A stretch of DNA of 64,000 bases, taken from Lama guanicoe (Eukaryota). This document shows positions 62,701-64,000 of this stretch, one piece after another (within the stretch, counting starts at the first letter, position 1; each line of letters opens with the position of its first letter). The stretch spans positions 169,485 to 233,484 of the forward strand of contig MU053352.1 in NCBI GenBank assembly GCA_013239625.1, read 5' to 3'. The translations under genes and the position numbers were made by a program. The notes under the pieces were generated by a model, which made no database searches, was not told the DNA's origin, and saw only the letters and a program-made list of their open reading frames with translations.

Positions 62701-64000
62701 CCCAATCATTCTTACTTCACAACCATAAAAATATGGTTTTTTGGTTCATGTCCTTCTCCCTCTTGTATCCACACAATGCCTGGTACATAGATGGTTCTTG
62801 GTACGTGGGCAGATGGGAAAGCAGAGATTGAGTGTGCAGCGAACAGTGCTTCCTCCTCATGCGACGGGCTGGCTGTGGCTCTGCCCCGAGACAGGCACTT
62901 GTGTAAAGGAATTCTCCCTTAGAGCCTGAATCATAAAACCTGGTAGGAACAGGATCTTCCGATCACAGGGATGCTGCCCAAGGAGGCACATGTGGTGGGA
63001 GGTGGACCCGGGCCCCTGCGTAGGGCCCCAGGCTAGGTCAGCTTCTCTGTGCCATCGCCCATCTCAGACCCCAGTGGCAGCTGCCAGACTCCGGGCTCCC
63101 GCAGGACACGCCGTCAAGCGGTGGTCGGACCTGCCTCTTGTCTCCCAAGGGGAAGTGTGCCCCATTTCACTTCTGCTTTGAGGCGAGACACATCCTGTGT
63201 GTCAGACCACCCCCGCGTGATCCCATCCTCTGAGCGCCGACCACTGATGGTGACCGGTGCCGGTGGTCAGGCCCTGGGGAATCTGGGGACTCGGCCCTTG
63301 TCACTGTGCAGGGAGCCCAGGCCCCAGGCTCTGCCTCCTGGACGCGGCTGCCCTGCCCTGGAAGCCACTCTCGGCGGACTGCCTTCTCCCACGTCTCACC
63401 TCTGTAAGGGAAGAGCTCCGGGGTGGAGAATCCCTGAGCTCAGACCTTCCTCTGCCATGTATGTGCGCAGCCACCCTGGGTAAATCCCTCCACTCTCCGG
63501 AGCAGCGGGGAACCACCACCCACCGGCCTCCTGCGCTGTACTGCGCTCCAGCCCTAGGACGAAGGGCGCACTCTTGCTTGGGGTCAGTATTACCTTTCTT
63601 CCGCTTTCTTCCCCTCCCTCCCCAAGCTTCCAACCGGTTGGCGGTGCACCAGGATCTTGGTAGATCTCCACGCATGTTCAAATAAGAACGTTTGGACGGC
63701 CTCAACACCCCTTTCTCCAGGCTTCTTCAGCTCCCCCAGGCAGAATCAAGCTCCCTCCTCTCTTTCTGTAGGGCTTTACAAGTCCATTTCCCTCCACCAA
63801 AAGAGCAGGGCCACCTAGGTTCAGCTTGCATAAATGCCTGAATCAATGAATTCAACCGATTCTAAATGAGCCCCTGTGTGGGATGGGCACTCGCACATGG
63901 GCAGGATATAGGCAAGAGCAAGATGTGCTCTCTTCCCTCAAGGGGTTCAGACACATCTGGAGAGGCAAGCTATGTGTACAAGGAGAGAAACACGAGAGCC

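Noticed and set aside
57600..64000. Exons of the syntenic neighbour DEPDC5 (and SLC5A1 at the other end of the window)
   Set aside because: No recognisable peptide from either gene in the ORF track; they probably lie outside the window, though short exons could be missed.

Overview
Mammalian genomic DNA, probably from a camelid, judged by four tRNA-derived SINEs of the Vic-1 type. The only clear protein-coding gene is YWHAH (14-3-3 eta), on the minus strand, with two coding exons (43596-43682 and 33649-34302) giving an intact 246-aa protein. It has a CpG-island promoter containing a palindromic CRE next to a perfect MEF2 site, a 7-bp repeat in the 5' UTR, and two AATAAA signals. The rest is dense in interspersed repeats (old and young L1, L2, MIR, MaLR/ERVL LTRs, DNA-transposon MITEs) plus a (GT)27 tract and a ~69-bp minisatellite. 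The most interesting features are non-coding: (i) a second, gene-less CpG-island promoter ~8 kb downstream of YWHAH, with a GC-box array, CTCF sites and a TGAC-rich repeat; (ii) a compact RFX X-box plus TGATGTCA cluster at 28740-28828; (iii) an L2-derived antisense exon whose translation matches my recollection of human C22orf24/YWHAH-AS1 but carries an in-frame TAG; (iv) an apparent L1-retroposed copy of an LTR R-region. No novel multi-gene system is supported. Repeat subfamily names and human comparisons are from recall and were not searched.
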